64,000 nucleotides of DNA from an uncultured Actinomycetota bacterium (GTDB lineage Bacteria > Actinomycetota > Actinomycetes > Propionibacteriales > Nocardioidaceae), in NCBI GenBank assembly GCA_963782075.1, contig CAWAIJ010000010.1:62526-126525 (forward strand), given 5' to 3'. A model generated the notes under the pieces. That model did no database searches. It had not been told where the DNA came from and was given only the letters and a program-made list of their open reading frames with translations. Shown here one piece after another: positions 9,551-18,796 of the stretch. Position 1 is the stretch's first letter. The number at the start of each line of letters is the position of its first letter. The position numbers and the translations under genes are program-made.

Positions 9551-10533
9551 CCACGACGCAGAAGATCACTCTCGCCAAGGGCCTCAACATGGGCCTGCGC
9601 AAGGCGATGGAGGACGACCCGAAGGTCCTGATCATGGGTGAGGACGTCGGCAAGCTCGGCGGCGTCTTCCGGATCACCGACGGCCTGCAGAAGGACTTCG
9701 GCGAGGACCGGGTCATCGACTCGCCGCTGGCCGAGTCCGGCATCGTCGGCACCGCCATCGGCATGGCGCTGCGCGGCTTCCGCCCCGTCGTCGAGATCCA
9801 GTTCGACGGGTTCGTCTACCCGGCGTACGACCAGATCGTGTGCCAGGTCGCGAAGATGCACTACCGGTCCAAGGGCAAGTACAAGATCCCGATGGTCATC
9901 CGGATCCCGTTCGGTGGTGGCATCGGCGCGGTCGAGCACCACAGCGAGAGCCCCGAGGCGCAGTTCGCGCACACCCCGGGCCTCAAGGTCGTCGCCTGCT
10001 CCAACCCGATCGACGGCTACTGGATGATCCAGCAGGCCATCGCCAGCGACGACCCGGTGATCTTCCTCGAGCCGAAGCGGCAGTACCACGCCGACAAGGC
10101 CGAGCTGGACGAGACGGCGACCCCGGCGCCGCTGCACACCAGCCGCATCGTCCGCCCGGGCACCGACGTGACCGTGCTCGCCTACGGCCCGACCGTGAAG
10201 ACGGCACTGGCCGCCGCCGAGGCCGCGGCGACCGAGGGGCGCAGCCTCGAGGTCATCGACCTGCGGACGCTGAGCCCGCTCGACATGGGTCCGGTGCTCG
10301 ACTCCGTACGCCGCACCGGGCGCGCCGTGATCACCCACGAGGCACACGTCAACCTCGGCATGGGCTCCGAAGTGGCAGCCCGGATCACCGAGGAGTGCTT
10401 CTACTCGCTCGAGGCGCCGGTGCTGCGCGTCGGCGGATTCGACACCCCCTACCCCGCGTCACGGATCGAGGAGGACTACCTCCCCGACCTCGACCGGGTC
10501 CTCGACGCCGTGGACAGGAGCTGTGCGTTCTGA
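9547..10533 (+). CDS. 2-oxoacid dehydrogenase E1 beta subunit
   Basis: Transketolase-like pyrimidine-binding and C-terminal domains (GEDVGKLGGVFRIT..., SPLAESGIVGTAIGMAL). Start and stop overlap the flanking E1alpha and E2 genes. Confidence 0.93.
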   Translation: MTTTQKITLAKGLNMGLRKAMEDDPKVLIMGEDVGKLGGVFRITDGLQKDFGEDRVIDSPLAESGIVGTAIGMALRGFRPVVEIQFDGFVYPAYDQIVCQVAKMHYRSKGKYKIPMVIRIPFGGGIGAVEHHSESPEAQFAHTPGLKVVACSNPIDGYWMIQQAIASDDPVIFLEPKRQYHADKAELDETATPAPLHTSRIVRPGTDVTVLAYGPTVKTALAAAEAAATEGRSLEVIDLRTLSPLDMGPVLDSVRRTGRAVITHEAHVNLGMGSEVAARITEECFYSLEAPVLRVGGFDTPYPASRIEEDYLPDLDRVLDAVDRSCAF

Positions 10534-11975
10534 TGCCCGAGTTCAAGCTGCCCGATGTCGGTGAGGGCCTCACCGAGGCCGAGCTCGTGTCGTGGAAGGT
10601 CAAGGCGGGCGACGAGATCGCCATCAACGACATCATCTGCGAGATCGAGACCGCCAAGTCGATCGTCGAGCTCCCCTCGCCGTTCGCCGGCACCGTCTCG
10701 AAGCTGATGGTGGCCGAGGGCGAGACCGTCCCCGTCGGCACGCCGATCATCTCGATCGGCGACGGGTCGGCTCCGGCCGACGAGCCGCCCGCACCCGCCG
10801 CGGACGCCGAGATGGAGATCGACCTGTCCAACCCCGCCGCCAGCGGCGGCGGAGAGGGCGAGAGCCTGGTCGGCCGCAACAAGGCCGACCGCGGCCCGGT
10901 CCGCCGCGCCCGCAGGGCCGCGGCGCCGTCCTCCGAGGCGGGCGCCAGCGCGCAGCTGCAGCTCCAGGGCGCGTTCGCCCCGGGCGGCGCCCAGGCTGCC
11001 GACGTCCCCGAGCCCGACGACATCGACGAGCCGGCCGTCCCCGCGACCCCGGCCCGGCTGCCTGCCGAGTCGGCCGACCCGGGCACCGTCCGGTCGCTGG
11101 CCAAGCCGCCGGTCCGCAAGCTCGCCAAGGACCTCGGCGTCGACCTCGCGACCCTGACCGGCTCCGGCGACGGTGGCGTGATCACGCGCGACGACGTCGA
11201 AGGGGCCGCATCGGGAAGCGGCGGCGCTCCTTCCGCGCCTCGCACCTCAACCACCGGGACCGGCGAGCGGGAGACCCGCGAGCCGATCAAGGGCGTGCGC
11301 AAGATGATGGCCGGCGCGATGGTCGGCTCGGCGTTCACCGCTCCCCACGTCACCGAGTGGATCACCGTCGACGTCACCCGGACCATGGAGTTCGTCGACC
11401 GGCTCAAGGCCCGTCGCGAGTTCCGCGACGTCAAGGTCAGCCCGCTGCTGGTGCTGGCCCGCGCGGTGATGCTCGCCGCGCGACGTACGCCGGAGATCAA
11501 CTCGTTCTGGGACGACGCCGCCCAGGAGGTCGTGCTCAAGCACTACGTCAACCTCGGCATCGCCGCCGCGACTCCGCGAGGCCTGGTCGTCCCGAACATC
11601 AAGGACGCCGACTCGATGGGCCTGCTCGAGCTGGCGCAGGCGCTCGGTCAGCTCACGGCCACCGCCCGCGACGGCAAGACGCAGCCGGCCGAGATGGCCG
11701 GCGGCACGATCACGATCACCAACGTGGGCGTCTTCGGCGTCGACGCCGGGACGCCGATCATCAACCCGGGTGAGTCCGCGATCGTGTGCTTCGGCGCGAT
11801 CCGCAAGCAGCCGTGGGTGGTTCCCAAGGACGGTGTGGACGAGATCGTTCCTCGGGACATCACCACGCTCGCGCTCTCCTTCGACCACCGTCACATCGAT
11901 GGCGAGAAGGGCTCACGGTTCCTGGCCGACGTCGCCGGCATCCTGGAGGACCCCGCGTCCGCCCTGCTGTTCTGA
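10533..11975 (+). CDS. Dihydrolipoamide acyltransferase E2
   Basis: Lipoyl domain FKLPDVGEGLTEAELVSWKV...CEIETAKSIVELPSP, an Ala/Pro linker, a subunit-binding domain (AKPPVRKLAKDLGVDL) and the catalytic SFDHRHIDG. The start is the ATG at 10533, inside track ORF 9840..11975. Confidence 0.93.
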   Translation: MPEFKLPDVGEGLTEAELVSWKVKAGDEIAINDIICEIETAKSIVELPSPFAGTVSKLMVAEGETVPVGTPIISIGDGSAPADEPPAPAADAEMEIDLSNPAASGGGEGESLVGRNKADRGPVRRARRAAAPSSEAGASAQLQLQGAFAPGGAQAADVPEPDDIDEPAVPATPARLPAESADPGTVRSLAKPPVRKLAKDLGVDLATLTGSGDGGVITRDDVEGAASGSGGAPSAPRTSTTGTGERETREPIKGVRKMMAGAMVGSAFTAPHVTEWITVDVTRTMEFVDRLKARREFRDVKVSPLLVLARAVMLAARRTPEINSFWDDAAQEVVLKHYVNLGIAAATPRGLVVPNIKDADSMGLLELAQALGQLTATARDGKTQPAEMAGGTITITNVGVFGVDAGTPIINPGESAIVCFGAIRKQPWVVPKDGVDEIVPRDITTLALSFDHRHIDGEKGSRFLADVAGILEDPASALLF

Positions 11976-11976
11976 G

Positions 11977-12945
11977 TCAGTCGGCGTAGAGCCGGATTCG
12001 GGCCAGCATCGGGCGGTGGTCGGAGTGGTAGCCACCCAGCGATCGGTGGGTGGCGAACTGGGCGCTGCCACCACGCCCGATCAGTGACTCGGTCGAGAGC
12101 CACACATAGTCGATCCAGCGGGTGTTGCGGGTCGGGACCACTCCGGTCAACCCGAGCGCGTCGTACGACGACACCGCCTCGCCCTCGAAGCGGCGGCTGA
12201 TGCCGCCCCGGGGACGGGCGGCCGCATCGTCGGCGTAGTCGAAGTTGTAGTCGCCGGTGCCGACGACCACGTCGCCGGGACTGGTGCTCCAGAGGCCGGC
12301 GAGCAGTCGCAGGTGGCGCTTGGCACGTGTCGCGTTGAGGTTGTCCTCGAACCTCTGTCCGGTCTCGATGGTCTGGTTGACGTGGGTGTTGAGCAGGGTG
12401 ACCGTGCGGCCGCTCGCCCGGTGACGCAGCTCGGCAGTCACCACCCACCGGGCAGGGAACGGCGAGTCGGTCTGGCTGGGGTAGCCGCCGCGGTGCATCC
12501 GGCGGTAGCCCACGTCGAGCAGGTCGAAGGTGTCGCGACGCCAGCTGAACGCCAGCGAGACCGGGCCGTCGGGGACCGGGTAGTGCCACGTCGACCAACC
12601 GCGTTCCTCGAAGCGCGGGTAGAGCGTGCGGAAGGGCTGGGACTTGGCCTCCTGCCAGCCGATCAGGTCGACGTCGTCGCGTCGGGTCAGCCGCCGCCAG
12701 TCCTCGGCGGCCTTGCCGAAGCGGAGGCGGTGCAGGGCGTTGTAGGAGACGACTCCGACGGTGTCGAGGACCTCGCCCTGCCGTACGGGCGCCCGTGCCG
12801 GGCGCTCCGCAGTGGGCTCGGTCCGCGGGTCCGCCGACGAGGGGGCACCGTCGCCAGCGGCCCGGTACGCGATCGTCGCGCCACTGATCGCGAGCCCGAG
12901 GAGCAGGACGGCGAGCGCGGTTCGCCACCACACCGTCGCACCCAT
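11977..12945 (-). CDS. Secreted or membrane-anchored endonuclease/exonuclease/phosphatase (EEP) family protein
   Basis: N-terminal TM/signal sequence (WWRTALAVLLLGLAISGA), with YNAL..., GWQE, GDYNFD and the C-terminal catalytic GGYHSDHRPMLARI. Confidence 0.75.
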   Translation of the reverse strand: MGATVWWRTALAVLLLGLAISGATIAYRAAGDGAPSSADPRTEPTAERPARAPVRQGEVLDTVGVVSYNALHRLRFGKAAEDWRRLTRRDDVDLIGWQEAKSQPFRTLYPRFEERGWSTWHYPVPDGPVSLAFSWRRDTFDLLDVGYRRMHRGGYPSQTDSPFPARWVVTAELRHRASGRTVTLLNTHVNQTIETGQRFEDNLNATRAKRHLRLLAGLWSTSPGDVVVGTGDYNFDYADDAAARPRGGISRRFEGEAVSSYDALGLTGVVPTRNTRWIDYVWLSTESLIGRGGSAQFATHRSLGGYHSDHRPMLARIRLYAD

Positions 12946-12983
12946 GGGCCTGATGGTAGGTCGGCGGTTGTGGAGATCCGGGT

Positions 12984-14306
12984 GTGAAGCGCGCCCACCT
13001 GGGGTACAACTCGGCCGTGAGCGTGTCGGGCGACGACCCCGCCGAGGGGATGGTGATCGGCCCCTATCGCATCGTCCGTGAGATCGGCGGCGGTGGCATG
13101 GGGGTCGTCTACGAGGCTGCCGACGACGCCCTCGACCGGACCGTCGCGCTCAAGATCATCTCCCCGCACCTCGCGGCGGACGAGGAGTTCCGGGCCCGGT
13201 TCACCCGGGAGGCGCAGGTCCTGGCCGCGCTCGACTCGCCGCAGGTCGTGCACGTCTACGCGCACGGTGAGGTGGACGGCCAGCTCTACCTGGCGACCCA
13301 GCTGATGCCGGACGGGGACCTCGCCGGGATGCTGCAGCAGTACGGCGCCCCGCCGGTGCGGGTCGCTCTCGACCTGGTCTCACAGGTGGCGGCCGGCCTC
13401 GCCGACGCCCACGAGGGCGGCATGATCCATCGCGACATCAAGCCGGCCAACATCTTGCTGCGACGACGCGGCAACACCATGTCCGCCTGTCTCGGTGACT
13501 TCGGCATCGCCCGCAAGCTCGCCGGGGAGGCGACCCACGCCAGCCGGACCGGGACGGTCGGCACACCCTCCTACATGGCCCCCGAGCTCCACACCGGGGG
13601 CCAGGCCGGGGTGGCCAGCGACGTCTACTCCGTGGGCTGCCTGCTCTGGGCGGCGCTCAGCGGCCAGGCGCCCTACCGGGGGACGACCGAGTACCAGATC
13701 GTCAGCGCCCACCTCGAGCAGCCGATCCCGCAGCTGCCGGGTCAGTCGGCGCTGGTGACCGAGGTGAACCGGATCCTTCGGACCGCGATGGCGAAGGACC
13801 CGGCCGACCGCTACGCCAGCGCGTCCCGGCTGCGCGACGACCTGCGGCGGGCCAGGTCGCTGCCCCTCGTCGGCGGTGCCCGCACCGGTCGGATGGTCGG
13901 GGCCGGCGGGCAGCGCGCGCTCACCGCGGGACTGGTCGGGTTCGGACTGCTGCTCGTGGTCGCGGCGGTCGTGTGGGGCGTCACCCACGACGACGATCGG
14001 CCGGTGGCTCGTCACTCCCGGCCGGCGACCAGCGTCAGCCCTCAGGTCCCCGGTACGACGAGCGGCGCCGACGTGGCGCGCGCTCGAGACAGCCTGGCCG
14101 AGGCGCTGCAGGCGCAGGGCCTGCTCACCGAGGAGCAGGCCGCCTGCACCGCCGAGGAGTGGATCGACGATGTGGGCCTCGACGCGATGATCGCCGAGGG
14201 CTTCTTCGACGACGACCTCAACTTCGTCGACCAGCCGGCCGCGGAGATGTCGCCGGAGATGCAGTCGGCGGCCACGTTGGCGACCGTCACCTGCGTGACG
14301 CCCTGA
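12984..14306 (+). CDS. Hanks-type Ser/Thr protein kinase with one TM segment and a roughly 100-aa extracytoplasmic tail
   Basis: IGGGGMGVVYEA, ALK, HRDIKPANILL, DFGIA, TPSYMAPE. TM segment: ALTAGLVGFGLLLVVAAVVWGV. An alternative start exists at ATG 13050 (MVIGPYRIV). Confidence 0.9.
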   Translation: MKRAHLGYNSAVSVSGDDPAEGMVIGPYRIVREIGGGGMGVVYEAADDALDRTVALKIISPHLAADEEFRARFTREAQVLAALDSPQVVHVYAHGEVDGQLYLATQLMPDGDLAGMLQQYGAPPVRVALDLVSQVAAGLADAHEGGMIHRDIKPANILLRRRGNTMSACLGDFGIARKLAGEATHASRTGTVGTPSYMAPELHTGGQAGVASDVYSVGCLLWAALSGQAPYRGTTEYQIVSAHLEQPIPQLPGQSALVTEVNRILRTAMAKDPADRYASASRLRDDLRRARSLPLVGGARTGRMVGAGGQRALTAGLVGFGLLLVVAAVVWGVTHDDDRPVARHSRPATSVSPQVPGTTSGADVARARDSLAEALQAQGLLTEEQAACTAEEWIDDVGLDAMIAEGFFDDDLNFVDQPAAEMSPEMQSAATLATVTCVTP

Positions 14307-14309
14307 TCC

Positions 14310-15782
14310 TCAGGCGTAGCGGGCGGCCCGCTCGGCGGGGGTACGGGGGCCGGTCGCGAGCAACGTGCTGAGCTCGTGCTCGAGGACGAGCCCCACCCGC
14401 TGGCAGAAGGCCTCGGCTTCGTCGGCCGCGTCGGGCTTCTCGGCGACGATCCGGTCGACGACACCCATCCGGTGCAGGTCGAGAGCGCGCACCTGCTGGG
14501 CGCGCGCCATCTCCGGTGCGTGGTCGAGGTCGCGGTGGACGATCGCGCTCGCACCCTCGGGTGGCAGCGGCGAGAGCCACGCGTGCTGGGCGGCCACGAC
14601 CCGGTCGGCCGGCAGCAGCGCCAGCGCGCCGCCACCGTTGCCCTCGCCGAGCATCAGGCACAGGGTCGGGGCGTCGAGGGTGACCAGGTCGGCCAGGCAC
14701 CGGGCGATCTCGCCGGCCAGCCCGCCGTTCTCGGCCTCAGGGGAGAGTGCGGCGCCCTGCGTGTCGATCACCGTCAGCAGCGGCAGCCCCAGCTCGCTGG
14801 CCAGCCGCATCCCGCGCCGAGCCTCCCGCAACGCCTCCGGACCCATCGGGTGGTCGGGCGTCTGGCCGCGACGGTCCTGGCCGAGGAACACGCACGGCGC
14901 GGACCCGAACCGCACCAGCGCGATCAGCAGGCCGGGGTCGGCCTCGCCCTGACCGGTGCCGTTGAGCGGCACGACGTCGCTGGCGGCGTACCTCAGCAGG
15001 CGTCGTACGCCGGGGCGGTCGGTGCGGCGGGAACGGGTGACCGCGTCCCAGGTGTCGACGTCCTGGATCGGGTCGTCCGGCGGCTCCGGCACGGTCGGGA
15101 CGCCGAGCCGCGGTGCCATCAGGACGGTCAGCGCGCGGTCGAGGATGTCGGCGATCTCGTCGGGCGCGATGACCGCGTCGATGATGCCGTGGGCGTAGAG
15201 GTTCTCCGCGGTCTGCACGCCCTCGGGGAACGGCTTGTCGTAGAGAGCCTCGTAGACCCGCGGCCCGAGGAAGCCGACCAGTGCACCCGGCTCGGCGACG
15301 GTGACGTGGCCGAGCGACCCCCACGACGCCATCACGCCGCCGGTGGTGGGGTGGCGGAGGTAGACCAGGTAGGGGAGACCCGCCACCCGGTGGGACGCGA
15401 CCGCTTCGGAGATCCGCACCATCTGCACGAACGCGGGCGTGCCCTCCTGCATCCGGGTTCCGCCGCTGACGGGGGCGGCCAGCAGCGGCAACCCCTCCTC
15501 GGTCGAGCGGGCGATCGCCGCGACCAGCCGGTCGGCGGCGGCGCGACCGATGGAGCCGGCCAGGAAGCCGAACTCACCGACCAGGACCGCCACTCGACGG
15601 CCGCGCATCAGACCTTCGCCGGTCACCACGGACTCGTCGACGCCACACTTCTCGGCAGCCGCGGCCAGCTCGTCGGCGTACGCCTCGCTGATCTCGCCGC
15701 GCTCAGGGGCGACGTCCCAGCTCTGCCAGGACCCCTCGTCGAGGACGAGCTCGATCAGGTCGTGTGCGGAGAGTCGGGCCAT
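14310..15782 (-). CDS. Fused acyl-CoA carboxylase carboxyltransferase (AccD-like N-half plus AccA-like C-half)
   Basis: N-half: GRRVAVLVGEFGFLAGSIGRAAADR...GGTRMQEG. C-half: GLPLLTVIDTQGAALSPEAENGGLAGEIARC...LGEGNGGGALAL. The start was moved to MARLSAHD (15782). Confidence 0.8.
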   Translation of the reverse strand: MARLSAHDLIELVLDEGSWQSWDVAPERGEISEAYADELAAAAEKCGVDESVVTGEGLMRGRRVAVLVGEFGFLAGSIGRAAADRLVAAIARSTEEGLPLLAAPVSGGTRMQEGTPAFVQMVRISEAVASHRVAGLPYLVYLRHPTTGGVMASWGSLGHVTVAEPGALVGFLGPRVYEALYDKPFPEGVQTAENLYAHGIIDAVIAPDEIADILDRALTVLMAPRLGVPTVPEPPDDPIQDVDTWDAVTRSRRTDRPGVRRLLRYAASDVVPLNGTGQGEADPGLLIALVRFGSAPCVFLGQDRRGQTPDHPMGPEALREARRGMRLASELGLPLLTVIDTQGAALSPEAENGGLAGEIARCLADLVTLDAPTLCLMLGEGNGGGALALLPADRVVAAQHAWLSPLPPEGASAIVHRDLDHAPEMARAQQVRALDLHRMGVVDRIVAEKPDAADEAEAFCQRVGLVLEHELSTLLATGPRTPAERAARYA

Positions 15783-15874
15783 GGGCGTCAGGGTACGGCG
15801 CGTGCCGGGTTTCCCTTCGCCGAACCACAGGAGGTTGACCCAGGCACGGCCCGCCAGTCGATACGTTCGGAGTC

Positions 15875-16012
15875 GTGGCTCGCAACCGGACCTTGGCATG
15901 CGTCGTCGCCCATCCAGACGATGACGCGTTCGGAGTCGCGGGCAGCGTCGCCCTGCATGCCGAGGAGCCGGACTTCCGGTTCGTCTTGGTGCACGCCACT
16001 TGCGGCGAGGGC
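15875..16012 (+). pseudogene. 5' fragment of a PIG-L/LmbE-family deacetylase (Mca/MshB-like), truncated after about 45 codons
   Basis: RTLACVVAHPDDDAFGVAGSVALHAEEPDFRFVLVHATCGEG carries the AHPDD(E/D) and T-x-G-E motifs. It then degenerates into Arg/Pro antisense sequence over the convergent cupin gene. No continuation in any plus-strand frame was recognised in the supplied ORF-track translations. Confidence 0.6.
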
Positions 16013-16016
16013 AGTC

Positions 16017-16493
16017 TCAGGCGTGCTCGTCCGCCGCGTGCTCTTCCGGCTGGACGGACCACGCCGGCGGCGCGTCCGCACCAGACGCCTCGTCGCGCTC
16101 GGCGTCGTCAGCAGTGGCCTGCACGGCACCGGCGGAGTGGTGCACTGGTGCGTACACGGTGTACAGACGTATCGGCTCGTCGCCGGTGTTGGTGATGTTG
16201 TGCCAGGTGCCGGCGGGGACGAGCACCGCCCAGCCGTCCTCGACTTCCTGGTCGAAGTCGAGTCGGTCCTCGGTGGGGCCCATCTGTACGCGGCCCCGGC
16301 CGCCGTCGAGGCGGAGGAACTGGTCGGTCTGGGGGTGCGCCTCGAGGCCGATGTCTTCGCCGGGCGGGATCGACATGAACGTCAGCTGGAGGTACGTGCC
16401 CGACCAGGCGACCGCTCGGTAGTTCTCGTTCTCGAGCGTTGCCTTCTCCAAGTTGAAGCTCTGGGGCTGAGGTCCGATGTCCTTGATGGTCAT
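16017..16493 (-). CDS. Cupin-domain protein with an acidic, disordered C-terminal tail
   Basis: GEDIGLEAHPQTDQFLRLDGGRG...VPAGTWHNITNTGDEPIRLYTVYAP are the cupin motifs 1 and 2. Confidence 0.8.
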   Translation of the reverse strand: MTIKDIGPQPQSFNLEKATLENENYRAVAWSGTYLQLTFMSIPPGEDIGLEAHPQTDQFLRLDGGRGRVQMGPTEDRLDFDQEVEDGWAVLVPAGTWHNITNTGDEPIRLYTVYAPVHHSAGAVQATADDAERDEASGADAPPAWSVQPEEHAADEHA

Positions 16494-16879
16494 GCTGGTC
16501 TCCTTGGTGACGATGGTGTTCTGGGGCGCGAACCACGCCAGGGCACGGGTGTCTGCAGTGCGTGCGTCGACCCCACACAGGGACGGACCCGGCTCACCCC
16601 TGACGCGCCTACGACGCTACGTCGCTCTTCGTACCCCGCACAGTGACGTTCGGCCCGAGTCGCGAGACCTTGGTCCGCAACTGAGCCGGGCCGGCGCTCC
16701 GGCCCGGGCCCGTGAGCGGTGGCCTCGTGCGACTGAGACCCCCGTGTCGAGAGCGCCGATATCACCCGTTTCTCGTAGCTGCGGCCTTCCGCCGCGAGCC
16801 GGGCGCACGGATCTGGCACATGAGCGGACACGCGCGCAGGTGTCTGAGGCTGCGCAGAAGCGACGGCAGACTGCCTCTC

Positions 16880-17524
16880 ATGTGGATTCCCGACGATCGG
16901 GCTCAGACACGGCACGCCTACGACGCCGTCGCAGACGCCTACGCCAACTTGCTTCCGGACCTTGATGCGGAGACAGACCTCGACCGTGCCCTGATCGACG
17001 ACTTTGCGGACCGCTGCGAAGAAGCGACTGGGCTGGTTGCTGACGTGGGATGCGGCACTGGTCGTGTCAGTTCCTATCTTGCCGCACGCGGAGTCGACAT
17101 CTTCGGTCTCGACCTGTCCTCCGGCATGGTTGAGGTCGCCCGACGGCGGTACCCGCACCTGCGCTTTGAGGTGGGCCAGATGGAGGACCTGAGCATTCCC
17201 GATGCTGGGCTTGCCGGGCTGGTCGCTTGGTACTCGCTCATCCACAGCGACCCAGATCGGCTGTCCTCAATAGTCGGCGAGTTCGCGAGGGTGCTGAGGC
17301 CGGGCGGTTGGTTGCTGACCGCATTCCAGACCGGTGGAGGCGAGTCCTTGAAGCGCGAGGCCGCGTACGGACTCTCGGTCACCATGACGAACTATCGGCA
17401 TGCGCCGAAGCATGTACTGGCGGTGCTCAACGCAGGTGGCTTCGGTGTTCACGCCGAGTTGCAGCGTCAAGCAGAGGGGGCCGAGACGACGCCGCAGACG
17501 ATCCTTCTCGCGCGGCGTCGCTAG
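16880..17524 (+). CDS. Class I SAM-dependent methyltransferase
   Basis: Motif I DVGCGTGRVSSYL, post-I GLDLS, and ...LRPGGWLL. The start was moved to MWIPDD (ATG at 16880), inside track ORF 16712..17524. Confidence 0.85.
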   Translation: MWIPDDRAQTRHAYDAVADAYANLLPDLDAETDLDRALIDDFADRCEEATGLVADVGCGTGRVSSYLAARGVDIFGLDLSSGMVEVARRRYPHLRFEVGQMEDLSIPDAGLAGLVAWYSLIHSDPDRLSSIVGEFARVLRPGGWLLTAFQTGGGESLKREAAYGLSVTMTNYRHAPKHVLAVLNAGGFGVHAELQRQAEGAETTPQTILLARRR

Positions 17525-17647
17525 GGATCCATAGCGACGGTGAGCTGGAAGAGGATCGGGGCTGCGGTACGGCGTGCCGCTGGAGACGTACGTCCCCGAA
17601 GCTCACCAATCTGCGCGTTCGAGCAGGCTGGCATACGTCCAGCGCGC

Positions 17648-18598
17648 CTATACGTTCAATCTCTTGACGGTCTTGGTGACGTGCTTGCCCAGGTTCTCGA
17701 GGAAGACGATCTCGCCGAACTCGAGGTGCGACCAGCCGTCGTCGCTGTCTGTCAGAGGCTCGGAGGCGAAGATGGCGGCCGTCGCCTCCTCCTCAGAGCG
17801 CACCTCGAAGTCATAGGACGTCTCGTCGTGCTGGAAGTTGCGACCCAGCTGCAGGTACATCGGCTCCAGGAGCATCGAGAGAGCGAAGTCGCTCGTGCCC
17901 GGGCCAGACTCTCGTAGCTCTCTCCAGTCCCCGACCGGGTCGGTCTCGCCCTGGTGTCCGAGACCGACGTTGACCCCGATGATGCGGTTCGGCGATACCA
18001 GGGCCAGCTTCAACTTGGTCAGGCCTGCGAGGTCGAGATCCTTCATGGCCTGGGCGATGAGCTTGAGCATCTCCTCGATCGCACGTTGGACCTCCTCGTC
18101 GCTGTCGCCCTCCATCAAGGAGAGCAGAAGCACGTAGAGGAACTCCGTGTCAGTCGTGCCCCGCATCTGCTTCAGGTACGTGTCCTCGCAGTGCTGCAGC
18201 AGCTCCCGCTGCAGGAGTACCCAGTTCGGAAGGTCACCGTTCTGGGCAATGATCCACGGGGTCTCTTCGACGGAGAAGGGGTGGCAGTTCTCGTCGGCCA
18301 GAACAGTCTTCGAGTTGTAGGCGGCCGCTCGAACATGAGCAAGCATCGTGCTGGCCTGGAGGCTGGGAATGATGCGGTCGGCGTTGTCGTCGTAGAAGGC
18401 AGCCATCGGTCGGCGGTAGATGAAGGGCTTCTCCGGTTTCAGCAGATGCTCGCTCCAGGCCCCGAATCCCCACCCTGCTAGCTGGAGCTCCGGGTGACGC
18501 TCCGGGTCGAGGGACTGGTTGATCAGGCTGTTCTCCGGCGTGAGCAGCAGGCTCTCCAGAGGTGTTTCCGGCCCGATGTAGGCGAGTACTCGGCACAT
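17648..18598 (-). CDS. Class II (Ntn) glutamine amidotransferase-like protein, YafJ/EgtC-type
   Basis: Begins MCRVLAYIG (nucleophile Cys2), with NCHPF and AQNGDL motifs and the C-terminal ASEPL...W signature. By eye it has more A/T-ending codons than its neighbours. Confidence 0.75.
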   Translation of the reverse strand: MCRVLAYIGPETPLESLLLTPENSLINQSLDPERHPELQLAGWGFGAWSEHLLKPEKPFIYRRPMAAFYDDNADRIIPSLQASTMLAHVRAAAYNSKTVLADENCHPFSVEETPWIIAQNGDLPNWVLLQRELLQHCEDTYLKQMRGTTDTEFLYVLLLSLMEGDSDEEVQRAIEEMLKLIAQAMKDLDLAGLTKLKLALVSPNRIIGVNVGLGHQGETDPVGDWRELRESGPGTSDFALSMLLEPMYLQLGRNFQHDETSYDFEVRSEEEATAAIFASEPLTDSDDGWSHLEFGEIVFLENLGKHVTKTVKRLNV

Positions 18599-18796
18599 AC
18601 GCTTCCTTCACTAAACGAGTCGATGTACGGCGATCACCTCGACCGCGAGCGCGCCAGCCTACGGCCCGGGCGGCGCCACGCTCGGCGTTGACGCGACCCA
18701 GCCACCCACGGCGTCATCGGAGGCCGCGCTCGCCATCAGCCCATCACCCGCGGCAGCGGCGGAGCACCCGCGTCATAGCTGTCACTCGGAGTCACA

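Noticed and set aside
14376-16646. 756-aa plus-strand ORF
   Set aside because: It is antisense to the carboxyltransferase and cupin genes. The sequence is low-complexity and Arg/Gly/Val/Asp-rich with no recognisable domain.
16494-16879. The 386-bp gap between the cupin and methyltransferase genes as a possible tRNA, ncRNA or att site. It contains the hairpin CCGGGCCGG-CGCT-CCGGCCCGG near 16684..16705.
   Set aside because: There is no tRNA-like T-arm or anticodon structure and no riboswitch-like conserved core that I can recognise. The hairpin alone is insufficient evidence. I kept it only as part of the composition-anomaly finding.
17648-18598. The amidotransferase as EgtC of ergothioneine biosynthesis, with the adjacent methyltransferase as EgtD
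   Set aside because: No egtA/egtB/egtE genes are present. The methyltransferase is an ordinary class I SAM-MTase rather than the EgtD type, and it is convergent rather than co-transcribed.
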